This document shows, one piece after another, positions 40,190 to 53,801 of a stretch of DNA of 64,000 nt. The notes below the pieces were generated by a model. It was given only the letters and a program-made list of their open reading frames with translations, was not told the DNA's origin and made no database searches. Source of the stretch: Camelus dromedarius (Eukaryota); NCBI RefSeq assembly GCF_036321535.1, contig NC_087437.1, positions 112,408,001-112,472,000 of the forward strand, written 5' to 3'. The number at the start of each line of letters is the position of its first letter. The first letter of the stretch is position 1. Both the position numbers and the translations under genes were made by a program.

Positions 40190-41420
40190 ACTTCTGGGTG
40201 AAGATGGCAGATGTACATAAGCATCTCATTTTGCTCCCTCCTGAAACTTCACTAAAACTGCAATAAAAGTTTTTAAAAAGTCATAAACTCCCAAAGATAG
40301 CAAGAACAGAAGAGGAGACCATAGCAATAAAATTTTGAAAGCTAGAAAGCAGATGGACAATGGTACCTGACTTAGCACATCCAAGAAAACTGAATTTCCA
40401 AGCCAGCAGCAGGGAAAGCTAAGAACCAATCCAGTAAAAACTTGGTGGAAGCAGGAAGAAAAGTCAGATCCCACAACCTTCCCTTTCCTCTTCACAGTAC
40501 TGGCAACTGCTCCTTCCATATCCTGGCAGAAGTCTGAGGTTTACCCCCTATTTCTTGTGTTCTGGACTGGGGGATCCAGGCACAATGGAAGATGTAGGTA
40601 TTATACTGAAAACTAGACATAAAGGACTGCTGTCCCTCTGTTCTGGTGCAGGAGACTGGCAACCAAACCCTTTCCCTCCAGACAGGAATCTGGAAAACTA
40701 CGCAGTGAAAGAAAACTTTAAACAAAATCATTATAATGTCACAGATAAGAGAACATATTGCATTTTAAAACAAGACTAGGAAGCTATCATAAGAAACATT
40801 CAGAGACTAAAAAACAGCCTTTGAAAATAAAAAACATGATTGGGCAATTTTTTAAAAAATCCAGGTAGAAAGGTTGGCAATAAAAGTTAAGAAAATCTAG
40901 GAATAAGTAATATAGAAAACAGATAAGAAAATTAGAAGACTTTTAAAAGGTTCACATCTAAATAACAGGTGTTTTAGGAGAGACTACAGAGAAAATAAGA
41001 GGGAGAAAAATAATAAAACATTCAAGAAAATTTCTCCAGAATAGAAAGTACTGTATTTCCATATTTAAAGGGCCCATCAAATACTCAACCTAATGGATGA
41101 AAATAGACCCACACTAAAACAGACCATTTTAAATTTCAAACCACTGGAATCAAAGCATAGATTCTATAACTTTGCAGAAAGAAAAAAAAATAGACCACAT
41201 ACAAAAGATCAGGAATCATAATAGTATGGAATTCTCAGCAGCAATACCAGAAGCAAGATGACAATGGAGTAACAACTTCCAAATTCTGAAAAAAAAATTA
41301 TTTCTAAGTAAAATCTTAATTACCAGCCAAAATATCAGTCAAGTATCAGGACAGAATCAAAACATATTCAGACAGGCAAGGTCTCCAAAAAACTTAACAC
41401 TTCTTGTCAAGAAGCTACTG
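40190..41420 (+). mobile_element. Degenerate LINE-1-type 5'/ORF1 region
   Basis: acttctgggtgaagatggc 5' motif; ORF1-like ctcagcagcaataccagaagcaagatgacaatgg. Confidence 0.55.
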
Positions 41421-41422
41421 AT

Positions 41423-41755
41423 GGGGCAGGTTATAGCTGAGTGTTAGAGTGCATGGTTAGCATGCATGAGGTCCTGGGTTCAATTCCCAGTTCAATTCCC
41501 ATTTAAAAAAATAAACACATAAGCCTAATTACCCTCCCCACCCCCCAAAAAACCAAGACAAAATAGTAAAAAAATAAGGGGGAGAGTATAGCTCAATGGT
41601 AGAATGCATGCCTAGCATGCATGAGGTCCTGGGTTCAGTCCCCAGTACCTCCATTTAAATAAATAAACAAACAAACCTAGTCACCACCCCCACCCCAAAA
41701 TGAATGAATGAATGAATAAATAAATAAATAAATAAAATTTTTTAAAAAAGAAAGA
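41423..41755 (+). mobile_element. Two head-to-tail vic-1-like SINEs (heads at 41423 and 41578)
   Basis: Two consensus heads; outer TSD aagaa(g/a)ctactg at 41409-41420 and 41756-41767. Confidence 0.88.
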
Positions 41756-42977
41756 AAGAAACTACTGGAGTTTGAGGGTCACCCAAAGGAATAAATCAGT
41801 AAAAGAGAATACAGGGAAGATATCCACACAGGAAGGCAAAAGAGAACCAGCTGTGCCCCAGACAAGGAGGGCAACCAGGCCGGACTGAAGCAGTGTAACA
41901 TGTCCCAGTGCTCTGCCAGCTTTTTAACCTGAGGACTGAATGCCCCACGAATTTGGCCCAGATTCCTATCTGTACTCAGCTGGGCTTGGCTTGAGCTTGA
42001 GCATATGCTGATGCAGTTCCAGTTCTCCTTCCAAGCCCTGCAGGCTGCATCAGCAAAGGATATTCACTTCCCTCCCAGAGGGTTCTGCTTTGACCTACTC
42101 TGATAGCTGCAGGCAGGCCACTGGGAGCAGCTAAGAAACAGAAAGCACAGAGCAACAGTCCACTCCCTCTGACAGTATTTCTGAGGTCCTTTCAGAACTT
42201 GGTCCACACTAGAGCCCTCCAGGTGCCCTCACTGTAGGGAACCCCATTGCCCAAGACTCACTCATAACACTGCCCACTAACTTCCTCAGAAAGGACCCCT
42301 GTAAACACAGGGAAACTGAAGTCAGTCTGTTCTGCTCATCTTTTCCTGGAAGCTTTCATCTAATGACAATATTGTCCTTTGCTATCAGGTATGTGCTTAT
42401 AATTATGAAGCAAAATGTTAATATTAAGTTGAGAAAACTCTAGCATCTTCTAATAAGCCTGTCTGGACCTGATCTGTGCTCTGGGGGGAAATAACTTTAT
42501 CACAGTTTACTTAATGAAAACTCCACTGTTAATAAAGACACGGTTTATGGTTCTGCAAGGTATGAATTTAACTGCAGAAATTAATAAGGTGTTATGATTT
42601 TATAGCCTGGTAGAAAAGATTAATCCCAAAGGTCTTATGATTTTGTTGCCCTTTGGAACATTAACCAATTACACCTAACTCAGTAATTTTGTTGAGCCAT
42701 TCCTTTCCCTATAGACTACATAAATATGCATTCCTTAATTCCTGTTAAAACCAGCTCTTTGTGGTACTCAATAAGTTAAATAAAACTTTGAAAAATGCCC
42801 ATAGTTTGTATGAGAATTTTGTTTTGAACACTATTTATTCCAAACCAAATATATCATTTAAAATATGTGTAAATATTTATATACATGTAAATACATATAT
42901 ATGTGTATAGTTATGTATTTATGTGTAAAGCTTATTTTAAAAAGCAAGAGATTTAACAAAAAGATCAGGATAGAGGC

Positions 42978-43398
42978 TGTTGGGCCAACTGAGTTCCTTC
43001 AAAATCCAACGACCCCATTCCTGGGCTCTCAGATGTCTGACATTCTTTGCTAGGTGTGTTTGCCCTAACAAAGTAATAGCCCTAGGTAACGCTCAGGCTG
43101 GCTTGTTTCAGCCTACCTTATCAGAGTCAAACGCCACCACCCTTCAATGACCCTAAACCTCTTACCTCACCTACAACCAATCAGAGACTTGCACACAAGC
43201 CCACCTTATAAAAGACTCCAACAACCGGCCCTCCCTCGTGCTCACAAAGGCACCCCACAACTGTGTGGCCCACTGTTGTCTATGACAGAGTACCCCAATA
43301 AACACCTTTCTATTCTTATACTTAATCGCTGGTAAATTCTTTTACCAACCTGCGTGTCACTGGCTCACCAACTGGCCACCCCGCTGTGTATCACAACA
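42978..43398 (+). mobile_element. Solo ERV LTR
   Basis: TGTTG...CAACA termini; 5-bp TSD GAGGC at 42973-42977 and 43399-43403; CCAAT, TATAAAA (~43207) and AATAAA (~43297). Confidence 0.85.
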
Positions 43399-43951
43399 GA
43401 GGCTACCCCTGGAAGATGTAAATGTTTTGTTTCTTAATTTGGTTGTAGATACAATGCTGATTACTGCAGTAGTAGTATTTAAATTGTACACTTACATGTG
43501 CTCTGCAGTTTTTTCAGTACCTGAGGTACAACTCAAAACAAAACAAACTTATTTAAAAAGAGAACAAGAATTTCTGTTATTGTTGGATATTCAAGGGGAT
43601 TACCACAGGAGGGTATTACACAACATATGTCCCTTCATATCCTCTCTTCCTGAAGGCCCTCCTATTCATTCCTGCCAAGCCAATCAAATGAGTCAATATA
43701 ACTAAAGTCCACACCACTAAATGACAGCAAGGTTAATAAATTCATCATTGTTTAACCTGGTCTTCAAAATTTTCTTGATCCAGTCTCTAAATATAAAAAG
43801 ATCCACAGATTCTAAGAAATGCATTTGAATCAAACTAATTAGCTACTGCCTTTAAATTAAAAAATCCTCTAAGTTATAAGAAGATTCATAGTGAGACAAG
43901 AACTAAAATTATACTCTAAAATACAATAATCTGTTTAAACTATCTACCTGA

Positions 43952-44091
43952 GGGGGAGGGTATAGCTCAAGTGGTAGAGCGCACAAAGTCCTGGGTTCAA
44001 TCCCCAGTACCTCCTCTAAATATAAATAAGTAAATAAAGCTAAATACCTCCTCCTCAAAAACAAAAACAAAAACAAAAACAAAAACAAAAA
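43952..44091 (+). mobile_element. vic-1-like SINE with internal deletion and (AAAAAC)n tail
   Basis: Exact 15-bp TSD aaactatctacctga at 43937-43951 and 44092-44106. Confidence 0.9.
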
Positions 44092-44220
44092 AAACTATCT
44101 ACCTGAAACTTATCCCGTAATCCCAAAATGCCATTTTCATGCAGCAAGGCTTTTAATTACTAAAATCCATAAACAACCAAAACATCCATTATTATGGGAG
44201 TGATAAAATTACAGTACATC

Positions 44221-44340
44221 GGGTGGGGGGACAGCTCAGTGGTACAGCATGTGCTTGGAGTGCACAAGGTCCTGGGTTCAATCCCCAGTGCCTTTGTTGG
44301 GGGGCGGGGACAAAATTAAAAATTTTTTTTAAGTTTAAAA
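44221..44340 (+). mobile_element. vic-1-like SINE
   Basis: acagctcagtggtacag...ggtcctgggttcaatccccag. Confidence 0.8.
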
Positions 44341-45499
44341 AAAGTTAGAGTACACCCAAATTGTGGCATACTATGCAGCATTTTAAAAATGAGGTAGGTC
44401 GTTGGCATGTACTGATAAGGAAATGTATCCTTATGTTAAGTCAGCTGCCCAACAGTATTATGGGTATCATCCCCTCCTTGGGACTGGAATTGAGGATGTA
44501 AAGGATGCAAAGTGAAGAAACAAGGAATTCTAACTTTTTACTCGATATACTTCTGTGCTGTTTTAACTTTTTACTTGATATTCATTTTTAATATTTTTAA
44601 AATGTTTACAACCTGAACATATTACTGTAATCATTTAGAAGGAGTAGATAAGGATAAAATAATAACATAAGTGTTTTACCTTGGGCTCCAGAAGTGAATT
44701 CAGAAATGACTAGACAGTTAGGCTGAGGTAATCCTAGCGGGCAGAGGAGGACCGGGCCGGGCGAGGAGGGGAGGGCTTGTCTCCAGAAGAGGAACGCTAC
44801 ATCCTCCCCCCACCTATTATCAAACCAGCTTTTCCTGCCGCATCAACATTCAAGTCAACTTTTGGTTTTCATCTTAAGAACGAAGACGCTTGCAACACTA
44901 TTCCGGTAAAAACGTCTAACGTTTGCTCTACGTCTGAAACCTATGCTTGAAAGATGACAAGTGACTGAAGATGATGGAAAAGAGGTGTGATAAGCCTGGG
45001 AGTAAGTCTTGGGACTTGCTAAGAAAGGAATTTATAGTACAGGTAAGTGAAGATTTGAGAGAAGAGGTGGGACACTCTGAAAAGAGAAATTAATGTCATT
45101 GAGAGGCAAAACGCTGATTATACATTCATTCCAATCGGAGGCTTGAATCCCTCAAAACACAAACACACACACACACACACACACACTAGCAGGGGTAAGG
45201 GAGCGAGCACATCACTGCTTTGGCTTTAAAAGGTCACAGATTTACCTTTCAGATTAAAGCACCTTCCAGTGATTAACTCGGAAGCCAATTTACAGGTTAA
45301 AAACCAAAATGGTCTTCCCGAAAACAACTACCTTTGCTACATGAGCAACTCTCTGCTGCTCCTTGTCTAAAAGGACACCAAACACTTTATGATTAATTCC
45401 CGAAAGAATGTTGATCCACTTTCACTTCCTCTTCCCACCTCGGTACCTGACTCTCATAAACAGAGTCAGGAAAGTCCACTAAACACTGACATTCCCATC

Positions 45500-46310
45500 G
45501 ATGGTTCAGAGCAGACGGGAGGGAGGACGAAATACTTGAGTGGCCCCCACACGCCTCACGGACCGCACACCGTCTCTCCCCGCCCGCCTGTCGCCCCGGG
45601 AAGCTGACAGGCTCGAGATGGAAACCTTTCCAGACCACCCCGGGAAGCAATTAGACGCCGAGATAACGCGGCTTGCGCCCCGCCTGGGCCAAGTGCGGGC
45701 CACGGTCGCCTGAGGGGACGCTGGCAGGTGCGGAGGGGGCGGCGGAGGCCCCCGCCCCGCAGGCCGCCCAGAAGCTCCGCCGGCCCGCTCCGCCCAGCGG
45801 CGCCGCGCACGAGAGAGGCCGGGCCGGGCGCCGCCGCACCTCGCAGGCCGGGCCAGGTCGGCCAGGGGCGCCTCCTCACGCGCGGGCGGTGGGCGCGAGC
45901 CCCGAAACCGGCCGCCCGCACTCACCCGGCTTCCCCGACGCCCACGCCGAACCCAGGCGCGCGCGCAGAGGAGGAGGCAACTGCGCCGCTACCGGGCCGG
46001 CGTCCTCCGCTCCACCTCAGCCCCCGGGAGCCGGGAGTGGGCGGTGGGTGCGAAGCGAGGGCGCCGGCGGGGCGGAGCGCGGCGCCGTGCGCACCGCAGC
46101 AACCAATCGGAACGCAGCAAGTGGCCGGCGGGGGGCGGGGCTGGCGGGGGCGGGGCTGGCGGGGGCGGGGCAATTACGCCAGTGGGAGGGGCGAGGGTGT
46201 GGAGATTCTGCGAGCCTCTGGGACCCTACGGCCGGACTCCGCACCTTATGATTCGCGGCCCCATAGAGAGCTCACCCCTCGTGTTATTTTCCGGGCGGCA
46301 GCACCAATGC
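45500..46310. promoter_or_regulatory. CpG-island promoter of TMEM50B
   Basis: Very GC/CpG-rich; CCAAT at 46103-46107; three tandem GGGGCGGGG GC boxes at ~46131-46170. Confidence 0.9.
45926..46075 (-). other. TMEM50B: TMEM50B non-coding exon 1 (5' end approximate)
   Basis: Minus-strand donor G|gtgagt at 45926/45925 inside a CpG island, downstream of CCAAT and GC boxes. Confidence 0.7.
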
Positions 46311-46917
46311 ATTTCTGCTCAAGGACTTCAGGTGCAGCATCTGTGAGATCACATGCTTGGGGAGCCCAAGACCCAGAGGGCAGCGGCTCTCTTTGCCTTT
46401 AGGCCCAGCGGCGTTGGTCGCGAGCCCCCCAGTGTAGGGCACGTGCTCCAGGAGGGTTCTCAGGAACTGAAGGTCTGCAGAGATGTCCTTTTCTAATCCC
46501 CGCCACGCAGAAATGAAGGCCTAGAAAGGTGCAGTTACTCGTCCAAGCCTACCAACTAGTACTGTAACCTGAGGTTACCAACACAACTAACTAATCTTCT
46601 CATTCTGTCCTGATGCTTTTCTGGGCCATCCACCAGATTTTTGGTTTTCTTATAGTCAGGTCTTTTCCTACTGTCTCATTTAAAGATGCTACTTCTTGAA
46701 TTTTTCGTATAACTTAAGCCTTTGAAAGCCCCGCCTTTATTTCCTACAGAATGTAAGATGCCATTTAGTTGTTTGGGGAAAAGACATTGTGTAAGTCCAG
46801 TTATTATCAATGGGAGTCTTAAAAAGTTCTTATCTGAAGTATCATGAAATAAAAGGTTTTGTGTCCCAAATTGTCACAAAATACCGTTCTCGTACTCCTA
46901 TTACTCCTTTAGATCTT

Positions 46918-47213
46918 TTTTTAACATTTTTTATTGAGTTATAGTCATTTTACAATGTATCAAATTCCAGTGTAGAGCACAATTTTCCAGTTATACATGA
47001 ACATACATATATTCATTGCCACATTTTTTTTCGCTGTGAACTACCACAAGATCTTGTATATATTTCCCTGTGCTATACAATATAATCTTGTTTATTCAAC
47101 TTATGCCTGTCAGTATCTACAAATTTTGAACTCCCAGTCTATCCCTTCCCACTCCCTTCCCCCTTGGCAACCACAAGTTTGTATTCTATGTCTATGAGTC
47201 TGTTTCTGTTTTG

Positions 47214-47287
<74 letters not shown>

Positions 47288-47405
47288 TTCCACATATGAG
47301 CGATCTCATATGGTATTTTTCTTTCTCTTTCTGGCTTATTTCACTTAGAATGACATTCTCCAGGAACATCCATGTTGCTGCAAATGGTGTTATGTTGTCT
47401 TTTTA
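46918..47405 (-). mobile_element. Young LINE-1 3' fragment with (TA)n(T)n expansion
   Basis: Closely similar to the 3' UTR of the 2751 copy; TSD actcctttag(a/g)tctt at 46903-46917 and 47406-47420. Confidence 0.9.
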
Positions 47406-47705
47406 ACTCCTTTAGGTCTTATACTTGTAAGAGGAACAACTCTATTTTTTCTTATTTTTTCCATTATCTCTCAGTTCTCATTTTCAGGGATACTATTTTT
47501 CTATTGTTTATATTTTATCACTTGGTAGATTTACACTTGTAGTTATATCATCCTGATACAGGGCTAGGATCTTAAGTGCTTAATAAATATTTGTTGAATA
47601 AGTTACTTTTGAAATATGTGCAGCCTTAAAACCAGTTAAATTGCTGACCTATAAAAGTTGACTTTTTAAAATAAGCTTTTAAATCTTACTTCTTTTTTCA
47701 TTATT

Positions 47706-48260
47706 GTATTAGAATTAGATTTGGTTACAAGGAGCAAAGGAAAACAACCACAATATAGCAGTGGCTGAAACAAAATTGGTATCTTCCTCTCATGTTGAGG
47801 AAGTCCAGAGTTAATCTAGAGCTGGTCTGGCATGTCATGGAGTCAGATCCAGCCTCCTTATTCCAGCCAAGAGAGTCACACAATTACTTACTTATGCTTT
47901 CAGATATATGGGCATTTGAAAGATATCAGCCTCTATGACATTAGAGAATGTCATTCTAATGTCACCTCATGGTATAAAAGAGCTGCTGGAGCTCTAGCCA
48001 TTATGCCTGCATTCCAGCAGATGAGAGGACAAAGGGAATACCCCCTCTCTTTGAGAACCTTTCCCAAAGTTTGCACATAGCATTTCTGCTTTCATTCTGC
48101 TGGCAAAAAAACAAACAAACAAAACAAAACAAAACAAAACAAAACAAAAAACTTAGTCACTTGGCTACACTAAACTGCAAGAAATGCTAGAAAATGGGAT
48201 TTCAAGTACTGAGGAAGGAAGAATAGATATTGGGGGACAAGTAGAAATTTCTACTATAGT
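47706..48260. mobile_element. MaLR LTR (MLT1-like), degenerate
   Basis: tgtattagaattag...agtggctgaaac...acttagtcacttggctacactaaactgcaag. Confidence 0.55.
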
Positions 48261-49931
48261 CTCAAATCTCATCACTATTTTAAGTATTAAGTATTTTACG
48301 ATTCATTGACTTTTTTTTTTTAACTTTATTACAGAGTATCTGTTGGCAAATGCTTACCTCCATTCATGAAGAAAGATGTTACTGTTGACCTGCCATTGGG
48401 TACACATGCTTTGAGTTGCCTTCTCAGACTTGAGTGGGGACTAAAACAATGCAGCTCGTTTCTCTATCATTCTATAAGCTTCTACTTCACAAACAGAGTC
48501 AAACATTTATATAGCTATGCTTTCAAAAATATGGGCATTTGAAAGATAATGGGATTAATTTGCTGATGTTGACATTTCAGTGTCAGCATTTCAAATGTAC
48601 TGATTTGAGTATTTAGTAAAGTTGCAAATCAGCTGGGGAAAAAAACTCCACACGTGCCCTGATTTCAGTTGGTATTCCATTACGTAGCTACTTAAGCATA
48701 TGTTTTCTTAAATTCCTATTACCTGAGGACCTTGGAGGGGCTCTCCTAGATTCTGGAGCCTTTGTGACTTCAGGACCATTTTCAAGTTTGGGCCAGGACA
48801 GGTTCTAAAAGGCCTCCTTCATCTAAAACTGGACAGGTAGAATTCAGTCCAGTTGGTTCAACCTTCTTAAGAGAAAGGAACAATCCAGGCTGTCCTTCAC
48901 ACCAGGTCCCACGGGTTCTGGTTTGTTCTCACTTTCTCAGGTCTGCTTCGTGAACTTACTCTAATGGAGTGGTGCCCATGTCCCATCTTTTGAAAGTACA
49001 CACCCAAGTGTACCGCAGAAGCTATGTTGAATAAAGCATATTGTGTAAATATGTACTTCCAAAAATATTGTCTCACTTTCTCCATAAGCTTATGGGGTCA
49101 TGAAACAAAAAGACTTCTTTTTAATAAGTCAGTTAGAACTGTTGTATTGGGATAAAGGTGTCTTGAGACTAAGATCACACTCCTGTGGATCTGAAATGAC
49201 GGTCTCCTGAAAGGATGAATTTTCAGTGTCAATCATTTGGGGAGAAGATGGTCTTTAGACGGGAAACAGGATACTAAAGCTTGGAAGACCATTTGACTCA
49301 GGCAGAAAAGGAAACACTTCTTTCTGAAGTCTAGACTCTGATGCCAGTGGATACATTTATCAGTTGACTTCTTTCAGTTACAAGTAAAAGAAAAAAAAAA
49401 TCTCAAACTGGCTTTTCAGAGTTATATAACAACAACAAACAAACAAAAAGCCCTAATTTTAGAACAGAAAAAGGGGAACATAATCTCAGTTGAAATAGAG
49501 ATATATATGGGAAAAAAGAGAAGTATGATACTCTTACAAATGAGTCAGGGTTTTTTGTAAGTCTCATGTTAAAATCATCATGTTACGATATAGGAAAAGG
49601 TAAAGGTGAAATAATTACAGGTACTCTTTTTCAAGGATATAGTCGGGCACCAGGGTTTAAAAGACTGCTGAGGCAAATTCTTCAATGGATAACAGGGATC
49701 AGAGGATGGGTCAGAAAAGATACAGTAGTATATTAGCACAGGAAACCATAGAAAAGTTAGACAGAAGGCCTCTGGGGACAGTAGAAGCTGGAAACACAAT
49801 AGGTGACCCCAAAGTTAGTGAATCAGTTCAATATGTAATTTTTATAGTATAGATTGACTTTAATTATACTAGGTTAGCACATATAAAATATTTTTTAAAT
49901 GCTTATTGATGAAATTAATGAGATTGCTGAC

Positions 49932-49962
<31 letters not shown>

Positions 49963-49968
49963 ATCTAC

Positions 49969-50455
49969 TGTATTAGTTATCTATGGCTATATCCCAAAAT
50001 TTAGCAACTTAAAACATCAAACATTTATTTATAATTTTGCACAATTTTTAAGTGTCAGGAATCTCAGAGCAGCTTAGCTGAGTTGTTCTGGCTCAAGATT
50101 CCTGATAAGCTTATAATTAAACTGTCAGCTGGGGCTGCAAACATCTGAAGACTTGCCTGAGGCTCTGCTTACAATAAAGCTCACTCTCATGGCTGTTGGC
50201 TGGAGGCCTCGGTTCCTGGATACAAGTGCCTCTCCACAAGGCTGCCTCAGGAGATGGCAACTCGCCTTATACAGATTGACTGGTCTGAGAGAGTGAGAGA
50301 GGAGGAAGCTTCCAGTGTCAAAAGTGACATACCATCACTTCTGCTATATTCTGTTGGTCACACAGACCAACTCTAATACACGTGGGAGAGCACTAGAGAA
50401 TAATGTGAATATCAGAAAGTGGAGATCTTTGGGGGTCCTCTTGGATGCTTGCTAT
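49969..50455. mobile_element. MaLR LTR (MLT1-like)
   Basis: tgtattagttatctatggct...cccaaaatttagcaacttaaaaca...catcacttctgctatattctgttgg. Confidence 0.75.
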
Positions 50456-52334
50456 GACCTCCATTAGTTTAATAACATTTAGTTCTAAATTAAAAGGGGT
50501 TTCCAATCTCCTCTGGTACATACTTGCATTCAGTACTACAAATGAAAACTGTAATAGATGTGTGGCACTGATAATTTAAATGCCATAAGCCATGGTGCCA
50601 TCAGTAATGTTTTCCTAAAATAGGGTACAATGCTTGATAAAATTCCCAAGATTATAAAATATAGTTTTCACAGTAGTTGCACCTGTGGAAAAAAAAATAG
50701 TGTATTTAAAATCATGCAAAAAGTATGTCATGTTTATATGTAAAATATAATCCCATTTTAAGCTTAGATGACTACAAGCAGACTTTTTCACCCATGTGAA
50801 TGTCTGGTGGGACATTTGAATGTTGGGCAGGACATGGAACAATACCTCTATTTGGTCAACTGCCGTGTACATTGCAAAACGCCCAGCCTCCCTGGCCCTA
50901 CCTCCTAAATGCCTGTGGTCAGGGGTGATGTCTGAAATATTTAACAACTACGATGGCATGGACTTACCAATCAGTCAGAATAGATGCCAGCCAGCACGAC
51001 GTACTGGTCCAAGTGGGCTAAACAGAAGCTCTGGCAGTAGCGCCCCTCTAATGATTTTGTCAACTGAAGATTCCCCCATACATTTCCAAAATGTCCTCTA
51101 GGGGGCAGGAACGCCTTCGCTGAGAACCACTGATTTACCTTTGAAGACCCCACCCTGCACCCAGCATTTCATGTTCATCATCCCAGAGGATTACAACACT
51201 CCTGCAAGTTGGGTCTGATGATACTCATTTGACAGATGAGAAAACAGAAGCTCAAGAAGGTCACATGGCTAGTGAGTGGAAACCCCTAGATCTGAATTCA
51301 AATCTCCTGAGCTCCAAAGCCCGTTCCCTCTCCCCTACATCACATTTCCTCTCACTCACTGGTATTAGGGACAGCTGGGGAGGCCAGGACCTCAAGGGAA
51401 ATAAAGGACAACAATAATAGTCCAGCTATAAAAACACACTGAATCCCAGTCTGGAATCTTCACTCACTAATGTGATCTACTCCAGTCTCTTTTCTGCCAA
51501 CACCATAACCTCGTGTGGGTAAGAACAGGGATCTGAAATCAGACCAACCACAAACAGCCTGAATTCAAATCCCCAACTCTGCCGCTTTCCAGCTGTGTAA
51601 CCCAACCAAGTTATTTCATCTGTGCTTTAGTTTCTCCATCTCTCAAAAAAAGTTAATAATAAATAATGTTGCTGTTAATAGTGGGGTGTATGTATCTTTT
51701 TGAATTAATTCTTATTTTGTGGTTGGCTTTCTTCCTTTGATAACTATGTAAGTTTAAAAAGCTAAAGCTCTAAACATTCTTAGAAACAATAAACAGTACA
51801 TATATGTAAATTTTAAAAAATATGTGCAGTATATTGTGTATATGTATTTACATGCAATATATTGTATATATGCAGTCAAATTGTAACAGTTCTACCTAAT
51901 AAAAGTGAAAAAAAAGTTAATAATAGTAACTATGTTATAGGATTGCTGCGAAGATTAAGTTAGTTAATGCAAGGAAGGTGTTCACCTCTGTACCTCACAC
52001 CCTGTGACTCATTATTATGACACATCTCATTCCCGATTCATGATAACTTCAGCTTGCATTTTCTGACTCTATGCCTCATAGTCTGTCCTTATGTAACCTG
52101 GCACTGCTATTTATTTCGTTTGCTCAGTATTGATTAGTTCTACTTTCTGTGAGCACGTACAACAATCTCATGCTGGCTTAACAGATAATGAGGTAGAGCT
52201 ATATGTGTTGATTTGGAAAGATTTTGAAGATACATTAACAGACAAGTCAAATAAAAGATAAGAAGAGTATCTATAGTGTGCTCACATTTGTGTGTTTTGA
52301 GAGATGGAGCCAGCGTGTGTGTATAAATCATGTA

Positions 52335-52545
52335 CAGTTGACTCATGCAGAAGTTAGGGGCACTAGCCATCTGTGTAGTCGGAAATCTGTATATAACTTT
52401 ACAGTGGGTCCTCTGAGTCCATGGTTCCCCATCCGCAGATTCACCCCACTGTGGGTCATGTAGCACTGTAGTTCGTTTATTGAAAAAAAATCCACATATA
52501 AGTGGACCCTCGCCATTCAAACTCATGTTGTTCAAGAGTCAACTT
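52335..52545. mobile_element. Tigger-family MITE (opposite orientation to the 28616 copy)
   Basis: cagttgact...aatccacatataagtggaccc...gttgttcaagagtcaact. Confidence 0.75.
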
Positions 52546-52584
52546 GAACACACTGTGAGTGTACAAAAATTTTTGGAAGGATAT

Positions 52585-53076
52585 TGTGGTCGCAGGATAA
52601 TGGCCCCCCAAACATGTCCTGACCCCCAGAATCTGTGAATATGTCATATTGCATAGCAAAGGGAAATTGAGGTTGCAGTTGGAATTTAGGTTGCTAATCA
52701 ACTGACCTTAAAATCAGGAGATTATGCTGGGTGATCTGGGTGGGCCTTGTAACCACAAGGGTCCTTAAAAGTGGAAAAGGGAGGCAGGAGAGTCAGAGTG
52801 ATGTGACATGCAAAGGACTCCACCTGCTATTGCTGGGCTTGAAGACAAAGGAAAGGGCCACAAGTCAAAGATCCAGGCAGAAGTCTAGAAGCTGGAAAAG
52901 GCAAGGAATTGGATTCTTCTCTAGAACCTCCAGGAGGAATGAAGCCCCACCAGAACCTTGATTTTAGCTCAGGGAGATCCACTTTGGACTTCTAGAACTG
53001 TAAGATTATAAATTTATGTTGTTTAAGCCACTAAGTTTGTAGCCATTTGTTACAGCAGCAATAGAGAACTAATACA
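52585..53076. mobile_element. MaLR LTR (MLT1C/D-like)
   Basis: tgtggtcgcaggataatggcccc...agctggaaaaggcaagga...gttacagcagcaatagagaactaataca. Confidence 0.85.
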
Positions 53077-53801
53077 GATAAGCAAGAAACTGTTGATAGT
53101 GATTAGATCTGGGGAGTAGGCTCAGGAGGTCTGGATCTCGGGGAGTCTGGGGTAAAGAAGAACTCGTTTATTTATTGCCTATCCTTTTTCATTGATTGGA
53201 TTTTTTACTATATACATGTGAATTTTCAAAATAGATTTTCTTTTTCCAAAATAAAGAACCTTACCTTGTACTGTGTAACACTTTATCATCCAGTTGATGT
53301 ACTCGCTGTCCTCAGGCCAATGACTTTGGCCCCTATGGGGCTGTCGGCAGGCAGGCTCCATGAGCGATGCATTTAGAACAGGCATCTCCCAAAACTCTCA
53401 AGATACTCAAGTTCATAAGGGTGGGACCCAGAGGCACATACAGATGCTCTTCCAGCCTTCGCCAGCTCATGTCCAGAAGGCCACCCAGTCATGACTTCTC
53501 AGGACACTTTTTCTTGGTGTTAGAGAGAAGAAAAAGGGCAGGTGGGCTCTTTGCTTCCCCACAGGCTGTGGGCAACATGATGTACAATGGGAAGCAGTGG
53601 GAATTGACATCCTAAATACTGCTTGATTAGTTGTAGGAATAAAAAGTTTTATCTGTGTAACTAAACACCATTCTCTCTCACTTATTTTCACAAAACACGC
53701 ATTTGCTTTTATCTAGTTTTTCTCTACTTTGTGGATTCTTGTTTATGGAAGGCCACCACTCAGTTTAGTAAGAGTAGCTATTTGTTGTAAGAAAGACACC
53801 A

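Noticed and set aside
45389..46402. Overlapping 70-224 aa ORFs on both strands
   Set aside because: Arg/Gly/Pro/Ala-rich products expected from stop-poor CpG-island DNA; no recognisable domain.
48311..48340. Strong + strand acceptor suggesting a divergent lncRNA from the TMEM50B promoter
   Set aside because: No convincing upstream donor found; cannot be supported without transcript data.
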